Below, in pieces: positions 56,269 through 64,000 of a stretch of 64,000 nt of DNA. The stretch lies in the NCBI GenBank assembly GCA_963696805.1, contig CAVOLF010000009.1, forward strand, positions 68,127-132,126, written 5' to 3'. Position numbers and translations under genes: made by a program. This DNA is from an uncultured Rikenellaceae bacterium (GTDB taxonomy: Bacteria > Bacteroidota > Bacteroidia > Bacteroidales > VadinHA17). Numbering within the stretch: position 1 is the stretch's first letter; every line of letters begins with the position of its first letter. The notes under the pieces were generated by a model. It was not told the DNA's origin, searched no databases, and saw nothing but the letters and a program-made list of their open reading frames with translations.

Positions 56269-57471
56269 TTAAAGACCGAGTTTTGTTTTGATATCACCCG
56301 GGACCGCATCCTTGTGGACCATGATGTAGATGGTCTTGGCCCTGACGAAGCTCTCTGACATATTCAGATAACCGCCGTGAGGGTTCCTGTCGGTGCCCCA
56401 AGAATTCTTGGTGATATAGTATTTCGTGCCGTTCTGGTCCTTCACGATGCCAGTCAGGTGCATCAGGTGATCATCGGTGGTAACGAATGTCTCATAACCC
56501 TTTTGGCGTACCTCCTGTGTAACATCAATTTCAGGGTTAGGTTTATCGAAGGTTCCGGGAATGGGAGTACGGTCTGCCTGGGCGCCTTCAAACCGGGCAC
56601 GGTCTGTCATCGCAGGGAGATCCATTTTAGATATGTCAGGAATGACGGCCACGCCGTTGGCATGCGAGAACCCCCTTTCGCTAACATCACCGTCCCAGTT
56701 AACGGTGTATCCGTTGTTAAGAGCGTAATCCATGATCTGAATAAGCTCGTCGAGCGGGACATTATGGAAGCGGTTCATCTCCCAGTTGTCAGGCACCTCC
56801 AGGAGACCTTCAGTATAGAAGGGGAAATGGGAGAATGAGGTGATGTGTACATAATCATCCATATTCAGGCCCAGACTGGCAGCGAATGACTTCGGGGTAT
56901 AAGTCTGGCCCTTCCAGGTGAATGACTCCGGCTGGTCACCCAGGTAGATGTCGAGTATGGCATCGACCACCTCGTCTGATTCCTTGCTGAGGCGTTTCAT
57001 CTTTACCGGTACGGTTGTCACGGCATCGATATATGACTGCAGTTCGCGATGGTTATGTACCGGAGACTCGTAGCTTATACCCGAGTATACTTCCTGGGGC
57101 ACCAGCCCGTCTTCCCTGAACACTCTGAGCCATGACGGCGAGAGGCTTCCCTCGCCAAGATTGCCCTTTCCCTGGCGCAGGTAATTATCCTTGATTCTGT
57201 TTTCATATGTCTTTCTGACCACGAACATTTCTGACAGGTCATACTCTCCTTTTCCCAGGCGGAGAAGCTCCGACTCCATGAATGAGGTGGTGGCAAAGCA
57301 CCAGCAGGTACCCGTGGCGGATTGATTTTTAACCGGCGTGGCAGGCAGTGAGACCACGGTTGTGAATTTGTAGCCTTCAGGTTTGGCCTCCTCCTGTTTT
57401 TTGGCCTTCTGTGCCTGCATCGGTGTAAGCACGAGTGCCAATGCCACTAAAGCGTAAATAATCTTTTTCAT
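56269..57471 (-). CDS. secreted papain-superfamily (C1, aminopeptidase C/bleomycin-hydrolase-like) cysteine peptidase
   Basis: The signal peptide is MKKIIYALVALALVLTPMQAQ. The active-site block is QSATGTCWCFATTSF, with C-terminal H and N regions (HLMHLTG, KNSWG). Confidence 0.8.
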   Translation of the reverse strand: MKKIIYALVALALVLTPMQAQKAKKQEEAKPEGYKFTTVVSLPATPVKNQSATGTCWCFATTSFMESELLRLGKGEYDLSEMFVVRKTYENRIKDNYLRQGKGNLGEGSLSPSWLRVFREDGLVPQEVYSGISYESPVHNHRELQSYIDAVTTVPVKMKRLSKESDEVVDAILDIYLGDQPESFTWKGQTYTPKSFAASLGLNMDDYVHITSFSHFPFYTEGLLEVPDNWEMNRFHNVPLDELIQIMDYALNNGYTVNWDGDVSERGFSHANGVAVIPDISKMDLPAMTDRARFEGAQADRTPIPGTFDKPNPEIDVTQEVRQKGYETFVTTDDHLMHLTGIVKDQNGTKYYITKNSWGTDRNPHGGYLNMSESFVRAKTIYIMVHKDAVPGDIKTKLGL

Positions 57472-57569
57472 ATGTACTTTTATTAAAGTGTTTTGCGGAA
57501 AGATCAAAAATATTCAAATAATCTGAACCCGGAAATGTTTTTGAACAGGCATGCTGATAAGCCGTATCA

Positions 57570-57944
57570 TCAGATTGTGGGATAGAATGCATTCTCAATG
57601 TGGTCAACCTCCCGGCCGGCTCTGCTGATAATAATGGTGATGATGTCAAACCTGGCCTCTTTAGCCAGCCCGGTTCGGTTTATGTAGTTCGAGGCTGCAT
57701 TGATTATTGTCCTCTGTTTGGGGACATTGACCGCCTCTGCCGGATGGACCTGGTAGTCGACCGAACGGGTCTTGACCTCCACAAAAACAATGAAGCCATT
57801 GTTTTCGGCGATGATGTCAATCTCGGTCTTTCCCGATCTCCAGTTCCTGTCGCGGATCGTATAGCCGTTCTGCATGAGGTATGAGGCAGCCAGCTCTTCG
57901 CCCCTGCGTCCCAGTGAGGTTCTGTCGCTTGTTTCAGATTTCAA
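57570..57944 (-). CDS. yraN: YraN-family (UPF0102) endonuclease-like protein; only a TTG start is available
   Basis: Contains GRRGEELAASYL...GYTIRDRNWR...EIDIIA...VFVEVKTR. The listed start at 57944 is TTG, and no in-frame ATG precedes the conserved N-terminus. Confidence 0.8.
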   Translation of the reverse strand: MKSETSDRTSLGRRGEELAASYLMQNGYTIRDRNWRSGKTEIDIIAENNGFIVFVEVKTRSVDYQVHPAEAVNVPKQRTIINAASNYINRTGLAKEARFDIITIIISRAGREVDHIENAFYPTI

Positions 57945-58002
57945 TGAGCTGGTTTTTCTGAGGTTCTGTCGGTCATTTCAGACTTCAATGAGCCGGTTTT
58001 TT
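57915..58002. repeat. 44-bp tandem duplication (2 copies, 38/44 identical) across the response-regulator stop / yraN start junction
   Basis: Unit 1 (57915-57958) is tgaggttctgtcgcttgtttcagatttcaatgagctggtttttc. Unit 2 (57959-58002) is tgaggttctgtcggtcatttcagacttcaatgagccggtttttt. Confidence 0.9.
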
Positions 58003-58619
58003 ATTGCGTAGAGGATAAGACTCGCAGTGTTTTTCGACCCGGTTTTGGCCAGCAGGTTGGCCCTGTGCTTGTCAACCGTACGTTTGCTTATGTACAGTTT
58101 GTCAGCGATCTCGTGGTTCGACAGACCCTCGCATATCTTGAGAAGGATCTCCTTCTCACGCTTTGAGAGGCTTGAGCTCTTTTCCTCCTGTTCCCTGTTC
58201 TTGATCCTTTTTATGACATGATACAGCAGCTCCTGTGAGAAGTAGTTTCCCCCCTTGTGCACTGCAATGATCGCGTCATGCACGTCGGAGATATCTGAAT
58301 CCTTGAGGATGAATCCCTTAGCCCCCGCATCTACCATGCGGTAGTAATACTCCTCCTCACCGTACATTGAGAGCGCAATGACTTTTGTATCCGGTGCCCG
58401 GCGTGTGAGCTGCGATGTAGCCTCAGCGCCGTCCATCTCCGGCATGCTTATATCCATGAGGACGATATCTGCGGGACAGGCCTCGAGGATCTTCAGCAGT
58501 TCGGCTCCGTTGGATGCTTCGGCAACCACATCGAACCCGTCATAGGCTCCGAGAAGTATCTTCAATCCGTTTCGAAAGAGATGATGGTCATCAGCCAGTG
58601 CGATCCTGATCTTATCCAT
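57978..58619 (-). CDS. NarL/FixJ-type response regulator (receiver + LuxR HTH)
   Basis: Contains IALADDH, VLMDISMPEMDG, and LSKREKEILLKICEGLSNHEIADKLYISKRTVDKHR. Confidence 0.9.
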   Translation of the reverse strand: MDKIRIALADDHHLFRNGLKILLGAYDGFDVVAEASNGAELLKILEACPADIVLMDISMPEMDGAEATSQLTRRAPDTKVIALSMYGEEEYYYRMVDAGAKGFILKDSDISDVHDAIIAVHKGGNYFSQELLYHVIKRIKNREQEEKSSSLSKREKEILLKICEGLSNHEIADKLYISKRTVDKHRANLLAKTGSKNTASLILYAIKNRLIEV

Positions 58620-58673
58620 GTTTCTGGAATAGTTTAACCTCTGCGAGGTGTCGTTTTATTGTCTTAAATCCCA

Positions 58674-58762
58674 TGTCCTCAGTCTTCAGTTTTCAGTCCT
58701 CAGTCTTCAGTAAATCATCATTTTACCGACTGTTGACTGCCGACTGCCGACTGCCGACTGAT
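58674..58762. repeat. inverted phase-locked heptanucleotide arrays inside the kinase / response-regulator spacer
   Basis: cagt(c) cores at 58680, 58687, 58694, 58701 and 58708. The loop is taaatcatcattttacc. gactg cores sit at 58728, 58735, 58742, 58749 and 58756. That gives five potential 5-bp helices in register. Confidence 0.9.
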
Positions 58763-58763
58763 C

Positions 58764-59711
58764 TCACTGATCCACCCTGATGAGGGCGCTGGTTCCCTTC
58801 CCCTTTGAGCTTTCCAGGACAAAGACCCCGTCAACCGACCTTACCCTTGTTTCAATATTCGGTATGCCCATCCCCGTCATCTCCTCCGACGAGAGTTTCT
58901 CCATGTCAAAACCGCGGCCGTTGTCTAGATACTGCAAGGTAATGATTTTTTGATGTCGCCGAAGGTCCATCTCAATCTTTGAGGCGCCTGAGTGTTTCAT
59001 TCCGTTGTTGATCAGCTCGCAGGCAGCCCTGTAAAGAACCACCTCCTTGTCAGTATCAAACCTTTCGCCCTCCATGTTTGTCCTGAACTCGATGTTCACA
59101 CTCCGCGTGGAGTTGACCTTTGCAGCGAATGTGCTGATCGCGCTGGCCACTCCCAGGTTGGCGAGTACATGAGGACTCATGTTGTTGGATATCTCCCTGA
59201 TGGTGCTGATGGCTTCGTTAACAACATGACTGGTGTTATGAAGGATCTCTATGCCTACCGGGTCGGTGACTTTTGTGTTCAGCGCCGAGAGAGACATCTT
59301 CACCGTGGACAGGAGAGGGCCGAGACCGTCGTGAAGGTCTTTGGCGAACCTCTTTTTCTCAGTTTCCTCAGTGTTGATGATCGCATTCAGAAGCCGGCGT
59401 TCTGACCTGGCCCTGTCGATCTCGGCCCGTTTAAGGGAGTAGAAGAGTTCCCTGATGAGGACCACCCCGGTTATAATCATTACCGAGATCAGCACATTCA
59501 TCCACTCGTCTACCATCATGAGTTCGAACGAAGGCTTGCCCTGGAAGTATTCAATGAGCTGTATCAGTGTGCGGACAGCCATCAGCACAAAAGAGGTTGA
59601 AAGAAGGATCCATGAGAGCCGGTACCTGGTTATCTTCATGAACCGCAGCGCTATTCCTGCAGCAACTATCTGCAGGATAATTGATATGAACAGGGCGATC
59701 AGGCGTACCAT
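58764..59711 (-). CDS. NarL-class sensor histidine kinase (HisKA_3 + HATPase), membrane-embedded sensor only
   Basis: Three to four N-terminal TM helices with no periplasmic domain. The phospho-acceptor box is AKDLHDGLGPLL. The ATPase has N and G boxes (NNGMKHSGA, DNGRGF, GMGIPN). Confidence 0.85.
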   Translation of the reverse strand: MVRLIALFISIILQIVAAGIALRFMKITRYRLSWILLSTSFVLMAVRTLIQLIEYFQGKPSFELMMVDEWMNVLISVMIITGVVLIRELFYSLKRAEIDRARSERRLLNAIINTEETEKKRFAKDLHDGLGPLLSTVKMSLSALNTKVTDPVGIEILHNTSHVVNEAISTIREISNNMSPHVLANLGVASAISTFAAKVNSTRSVNIEFRTNMEGERFDTDKEVVLYRAACELINNGMKHSGASKIEMDLRRHQKIITLQYLDNGRGFDMEKLSSEEMTGMGIPNIETRVRSVDGVFVLESSKGKGTSALIRVDQ

Positions 59712-59776
59712 TGTAACAAAAATTTAATTCATACAAAATTAGGAGTTTATTACCTTTGGGGCGCCAAAACGGAAGA

Positions 59777-60010
59777 ATGAAAACCATTTATACGGCCAAT
59801 AATTTTTATTACAGCTTTGAGGCGGGAGCCGGCACGCTTTTCAGCAGCACTTCTCATGAGGCTGATGAGGTTCATCGCAGACCCCTCAGATTGCGCAGGG
59901 AAGGTGACACTTCGGCCGGGGTTGACGACATCATCCGCGACGGCTCTGTTACTTTGGCAGAAGTTGTTCATAAATATCTCCCTGACAATACGGCACTTAC
60001 AGCAGAATGA
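59777..60010 (+). CDS. possible small protein (77 aa), no recognised family
   Basis: The open frame has a strong G-at-codon-position-1 bias (gag gcg gga gcc ggc ... gac gac atc atc cgc gac ggc), unlike the overlapping minus-strand ORF. There is no clear ribosome-binding or homology evidence. Confidence 0.3.
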   Translation: MKTIYTANNFYYSFEAGAGTLFSSTSHEADEVHRRPLRLRREGDTSAGVDDIIRDGSVTLAEVVHKYLPDNTALTAE

Positions 60011-60274
60011 CATGTAAAATCCTTGTATATCACTGGAAATTAAGAAAATACAAACACAGTACGCAACGAATTATTCATGAAACAGCTGACTTACAACTTA
60101 TTAAAAACACGTTAAAAAGTTGTTAATAATTACAAAATCTCAATTCCCTCTAATTCTGCCCGTAAATGTAATTTAACCCTCTCCCTCAGTAACACCGAGC
60201 CTTAATCGCAATAAATTAAAAATCAACATATTACAAAGAACAATAACCATAAACATTCTAACTCAACTCAAATT

Positions 60275-63200
60275 ATGCGAAAACTTAAGTTCACATTCAT
60301 TCTGTTGTCTCTGTTAATAGGGTCATCCGCCCTGATGGCACAGATGACAACCTCCTCACTGAGCGGTAACATTACCGACAGCAGAGGTGAAGCCCTCGCT
60401 GGTGCCACTGTTGTTGCGGTACATGTTCCGTCAGGCACCCCGTATGCAACCTTCTGTGACAATTCAGGAAACTACAGGATCCAGAACATGCGTGTCGGCG
60501 GTCCGTACAAGGTTGATGTCTCCTTCGTGGGCTATTCAAGCAGCACTTACACTGACGTCTTCCTGAAGCTGGGCGAGACCTATGTTCAGAACGGCCAGCT
60601 GACGGAGACGACGACCTCTCTCCAGGAGGTAGTTGTGACTGCCGGCCTGCGTAACTCTATCCTCAGTTCAGAGCGTTCCGGCACCCAGACGAACATCAGC
60701 GGGCGCGACCTGGTAAACATGCCGACCATCAGCAGGAGTATAGCCGACTTCACCAAGTTCACTCCGCAGGCCCAGGGCAACTCATTTGGCGGACGTGATG
60801 CACGCTTCAACACTGTAACCATTGACGGTGCAGCATTCAACAACAACTTCGGTCTCAGCAGCAACCCCCTCCCGGGCGGAAATGCCCAGCCTATAGCTCT
60901 CGATGCCATCGAGGAGATCTCAGTCAACGTAGCACCCTATGATGTGCGCATGTCGCAGTTCACAGGCGCCAGTATCAACGCAGTGACCCGCAGTGGTGAC
61001 AACACCTTCAAAGGATCAGTCTATTCATATATCCGCCCCAAATCATTCACCGGAAACACGGTTGACGGCAATGAGGTGACCGGCGCCAGGGAGAGAAGCT
61101 CCTTCAACATCGGAGGACGCGTTGGCGGCCCGATCATCAATGACAAACTCTTCTTCTTCGTCAGCGGCGAGTACGAAACCGAATCTATCCCCGGCGTAAC
61201 GTGGAGACCCAGCACCGACGGTGTGGCCAATCCTGATCTCATGATCTCAAGAACCCTTGAATCAGATATGGTCCGCGTCAGGAATCACCTGCTGAATACC
61301 TATGATTATGACCCGGGCAAATACAAGGACTTTGATCCGTTCACCAATACGAACACAAAGATCCTTGCCCGTCTCGACTGGAACATCAACAAGAATCACA
61401 AGCTGACCCTCAGGTACAATGATGTTGTAGGTATATCAGACCAGCAGACCAACTTCAACAGCGGACCCCCGAACAATACCCGTGCATCAGGGCGTATCAG
61501 CAGTTCGTCACTCGCCTTCTCGAATGCCTTCTACGGCTTCAAGAACACCGTGCGTTCAATGACCGGCGAACTCAACAGCAGCTTCTCACCGAAGATCTCA
61601 AACAAGTTCCTGGCCAGCTATACCTTTATACAGGATACGCGTACGAGTGATTCAGACATCTTTCCCTTTGTTGATATCTGGGAAGACGATGACCAGTACA
61701 TGTCATTCGGTTACGAACTCTTCACCTTCAACAATGATGTTACGAACAAGACGCTCACCATCACCAACAACACAACATTCAACCTGAACAGTCATACGGT
61801 TACAGCAGGTGTCTCCTTTGACCGTCTCTTCTTCCGCAACTCATACATACGTGAAGGCACCTCCTATTATCGCTACGGATCGGTTGATGACTTCATCAAC
61901 GGAGCTGACCCGATTGGTTTTGGGATTACCTATGGATATAATGGTGTGGATGCTCCGGGTGCAACAGCAACATTCGGCTTTGCAGCCGTATACGGTCAGG
62001 ATGAGTGGCAGATAAGTCCGCAGTTCAAGCTGACTTACGGTGTGCGTCTTGAGCTCCCGCTCTATCTTGATGAACTGCAGGGCAACCCCGCAATTGCAGC
62101 CCTCACATTCATCGACGGCAAGAAGATGGATGTAGGTACATGGCCTGACAGCAAGCTGGTTATATCACCGAGACTCGGCTTCAACTGGGACGTAAACGGC
62201 GACCGGTCACTGCAGGTGCGTGGAGGAACAGGACTCTTCACCGGCATGCTTCCCTTCGTGTGGTTCACCAACCAGCCTTCCAACGCTGGCGTTATTCAGT
62301 CTCCTGAGATCGGTTGGGGCCCGGGCAATGCAAACCTTGCCGGACTGGAATTCAATCCTGACTACAAGGATTTCCTTGCCAGCAATCCGACTCTCTTCCC
62401 GACAACACCCGGTGACCTGCCAAGCAACTCGTCACTGGTACAGGTCGGCAAAGACTTCAAATTCCCCCAGATATGGCGTTCGAACCTTGCATTTGACATC
62501 GAGTTGCCATGGAACATGATCTTCACCGGCGAAGCAATCTATTCAAAGGATATCAACGCCGTACAGCAGATCAATATTAACCTTTCTGATCCGACAGGCA
62601 CGCTTGCAGGTCCTGATAACCGTGTTTTCTGGACTAACAGTACCATTGCCAAGGTTAACAGTAATATAAGCGCCGCCACGGAGCTTATTAATACCAAGAA
62701 GGGCTATCAGTACTCTCTTACAGCCATGCTGACCAAGAACTTCAGCAAGGGTCTCTCAGGCATGTTTGCCTATACCTATACTCAGGCCAAAGACATCAGT
62801 AACAACCCGGGATCATCAGCCTACTCAGCCTATTCTTCCAATTCAGCTGTAGGAAGTCTGAACGACCCCGAGCTGAGCTATTCAAACTTTGCAACACCCC
62901 ACAAGTTTATCGGTGATGTTTCCTATCGCATTGAGTATGCCAAAAACTTTGCTACAACATTCTCACTGGTTTACCAGGGCTACCAGCAGGGAAGGTGGAC
63001 CTACACCTATTACAATGACCTGAATGGTGACAATGTATCTTCGGATATCATGTATGTTCCGGAAACTGCAGGTGAAATAACCTTTGTTGACTACAGCGGC
63101 ATGACGGCAGCCGATCAGCAGGCAGCATTCTGGGAGTATGTCAACAACAACAAGTACCTGAGCAGCCGCAAGGGTGACTATGCCGAGAGGTTTGGAGAAC

Positions 63201-63538
63201 TCAGGCCCTGGATGCATCGTTTTGATGCCAAGATCCTGCAGGATATCTTCACCAATTTCGGAACCGACCGCAAGTACACTTTGCAGATCAGCCTTGACAT
63301 GCTTAACATTGGCAATATGATCAATGACGCCTGGGGCACCTGGGTTTATAACCCGCTGTCAAGCTATGACAACGTGAGACCCCTCAGAGTGGTAAGCAGA
63401 GGCAACGCTACCACTGCTCCTACTTTCAGGCTCAACGCCACTTCTCTTGCGAACTGGGAAGAGGTTACCACACTCAGCAAGAGCATAAGCACCTCAAGCA
63501 CATGGGGTTGCCTGCTGGGCATTCGACTTATTTTCTAA
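60275..63538 (+). CDS. TonB-dependent outer-membrane receptor with N-terminal carboxypeptidase-regulatory-like domain
   Basis: 1087 aa with a signal peptide. The CarbopepD_reg-like block is SGNITDSRGEALAGATVVAVH...GNYRIQNMRVGGPYKVDVSFVGY. It has a plug region, and the C-terminal beta-barrel ends in aromatic ...RLIF. Confidence 0.85.
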   Translation: MRKLKFTFILLSLLIGSSALMAQMTTSSLSGNITDSRGEALAGATVVAVHVPSGTPYATFCDNSGNYRIQNMRVGGPYKVDVSFVGYSSSTYTDVFLKLGETYVQNGQLTETTTSLQEVVVTAGLRNSILSSERSGTQTNISGRDLVNMPTISRSIADFTKFTPQAQGNSFGGRDARFNTVTIDGAAFNNNFGLSSNPLPGGNAQPIALDAIEEISVNVAPYDVRMSQFTGASINAVTRSGDNTFKGSVYSYIRPKSFTGNTVDGNEVTGARERSSFNIGGRVGGPIINDKLFFFVSGEYETESIPGVTWRPSTDGVANPDLMISRTLESDMVRVRNHLLNTYDYDPGKYKDFDPFTNTNTKILARLDWNINKNHKLTLRYNDVVGISDQQTNFNSGPPNNTRASGRISSSSLAFSNAFYGFKNTVRSMTGELNSSFSPKISNKFLASYTFIQDTRTSDSDIFPFVDIWEDDDQYMSFGYELFTFNNDVTNKTLTITNNTTFNLNSHTVTAGVSFDRLFFRNSYIREGTSYYRYGSVDDFINGADPIGFGITYGYNGVDAPGATATFGFAAVYGQDEWQISPQFKLTYGVRLELPLYLDELQGNPAIAALTFIDGKKMDVGTWPDSKLVISPRLGFNWDVNGDRSLQVRGGTGLFTGMLPFVWFTNQPSNAGVIQSPEIGWGPGNANLAGLEFNPDYKDFLASNPTLFPTTPGDLPSNSSLVQVGKDFKFPQIWRSNLAFDIELPWNMIFTGEAIYSKDINAVQQININLSDPTGTLAGPDNRVFWTNSTIAKVNSNISAATELINTKKGYQYSLTAMLTKNFSKGLSGMFAYTYTQAKDISNNPGSSAYSAYSSNSAVGSLNDPELSYSNFATPHKFIGDVSYRIEYAKNFATTFSLVYQGYQQGRWTYTYYNDLNGDNVSSDIMYVPETAGEITFVDYSGMTAADQQAAFWEYVNNNKYLSSRKGDYAERFGELRPWMHRFDAKILQDIFTNFGTDRKYTLQISLDMLNIGNMINDAWGTWVYNPLSSYDNVRPLRVVSRGNATTAPTFRLNATSLANWEEVTTLSKSISTSSTWGCLLGIRLIF

Positions 63539-63560
63539 CGTGCACATTATCAGATAATTA

Positions 63561-63590
63561 AAGAGGCCGGGAAACCGGCCTCTTTTTTTT
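63561..63590 (+). terminator. Rho-independent terminator after the TonB-dependent receptor
   Basis: aagaggccgg (63561-63570), a gaaa loop and ccggcctctt (63575-63584), followed by a T run to 63590. Confidence 0.85.
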
Positions 63591-63748
63591 GAACCGCATG
63601 GTTTAAAAAGTTAATATGTGTGTTGATAAAAGAGAACTTTTATTCTTGTCTGCTCTGTCATGCTTGTCTATTTTAGCAAAACGCGTTTGTTACAGCAGAA
63701 GGTAGACTAAGTAACTTATTTTCAAACTTTAATATTTTTTTACGATCA

Positions 63749-64000
63749 ATGGGAGATTCACTTGTCCATACGGCCCCCGTCGCCTCTAACGAAAAGGAGT
63801 TGGGAATAAAAGAGGAGAAAAAAACCAGGAAGGAAGCGGAGGCTATGGATAAAAAGGTCAGGCTGCCAGGTAACAACGGCAAAAAGACTTATGCGTATGA
63901 CGAAGCCATAAGGGCCACCCGCGAATATTTCGGCGGAGATGACCTTGCGGCTAAAGTATGGGCAAGCAAATACGCTCTCAAGGATTCCTTCGGCAATCTC
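63749..64000 (+). CDS. N-terminus of adenosylcobalamin-dependent (class II) ribonucleotide reductase, 3' end cut by window edge
   Basis: The frame is open to the window end. KTYAYDEAIRATREYFGGDDLAAKVWASKYALKDSFGNL matches my memory of Bacteroidota NrdJ N-termini. Two in-frame ATGs (63749, 63845) are possible starts. Confidence 0.55.
   Translation, partial: MGDSLVHTAPVASNEKELGIKEEKKTRKEAEAMDKKVRLPGNNGKKTYAYDEAIRATREYFGGDDLAAKVWASKYALKDSFGNL

Noticed and set aside
59750-60013. 87-aa minus-strand ORF upstream of the histidine kinase
   Set aside because: It fully overlaps the plus-strand ORF 59777-60010, which has the better codon-position bias. The minus-strand product is Cys/Arg-rich without any motif. 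Neither ORF is strongly supported.
60014-60274. Possible riboswitch (for example cobalamin) in the 260-nt leader of the TonB-dependent receptor
   Set aside because: The region is uniformly AT-rich. It has no GC-rich paired elements or conserved riboswitch cores that I can recognise.
63673-63882. 69-aa minus-strand ORF
   Set aside because: It lies antisense to the 5' end of the class II RNR gene and its leader. The product is low-complexity (Ser/Phe/Leu) and lacks coding periodicity.
1-64000. Search for mobile elements, defence islands, toxin-antitoxin pairs, prophage remnants, tRNA/rRNA genes
   Set aside because: No transposase, integrase, recombinase, restriction/modification, Cas, reverse transcriptase, toxin-like small gene pair or tRNA-like sequence was recognisable. 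Gene content and order look like conserved Bacteroidota core chromosome.

Overview
This 64 kb window looks like ordinary chromosome from a Bacteroidota bacterium, judged by its gliding/type IX secretion (T9SS) genes and TAnnTTTG-type promoter boxes. I see no rRNA, tRNA, CRISPR array, transposase, integrase, phage gene or recognisable defence gene.

Gene content:
- T9SS genes are unusually dense: porP-gldK-gldL-gldM-gldN, porX next to porW/sprE, and gldH.
- Housekeeping genes: topA, a class A PBP, radA, panD/panC, glmS, metG, tsaE, trmB, holB, tpx, pgk, an Mrp/ApbC ATPase and the start of a class II RNR.
- Envelope-glycan loci: a contiguous Wbp-type operon (wbpE-D-B-A-like, then galE and rfbB) and a divergent locus with two tandem Stealth-family paralogues, a glycosyltransferase, an FkbM methyltransferase and an O-antigen-ligase-like protein.
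- A NarL-type two-component system next to a TonB-dependent receptor.

I did not find a self-contained novel protein-coding system. Three things are not explained by standard annotation:
1. A recurring family of intergenic, phase-locked 7-nt repeat arrays sits directly after stop codons. Most are built as inverted half-arrays, (cagtcNN)n ... (gactgNN)n, or once (gcgattt)n ... (aatcgNN)n. I do not recognise this as a described repeat class.
2. Eleven frameshifts fall in only two short regions (gldK/porP and panC-glgA-DUF4270-glmS), while roughly 45 other genes are intact. This is either local assembly error or real decay of essential and T9SS genes.
3. Three short tandem duplications (43, 44 and 30 bp) lie exactly on gene ends and remodel a stop or start codon.

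All functional calls come from reading the translated ORFs against remembered family motifs. No database search was run.
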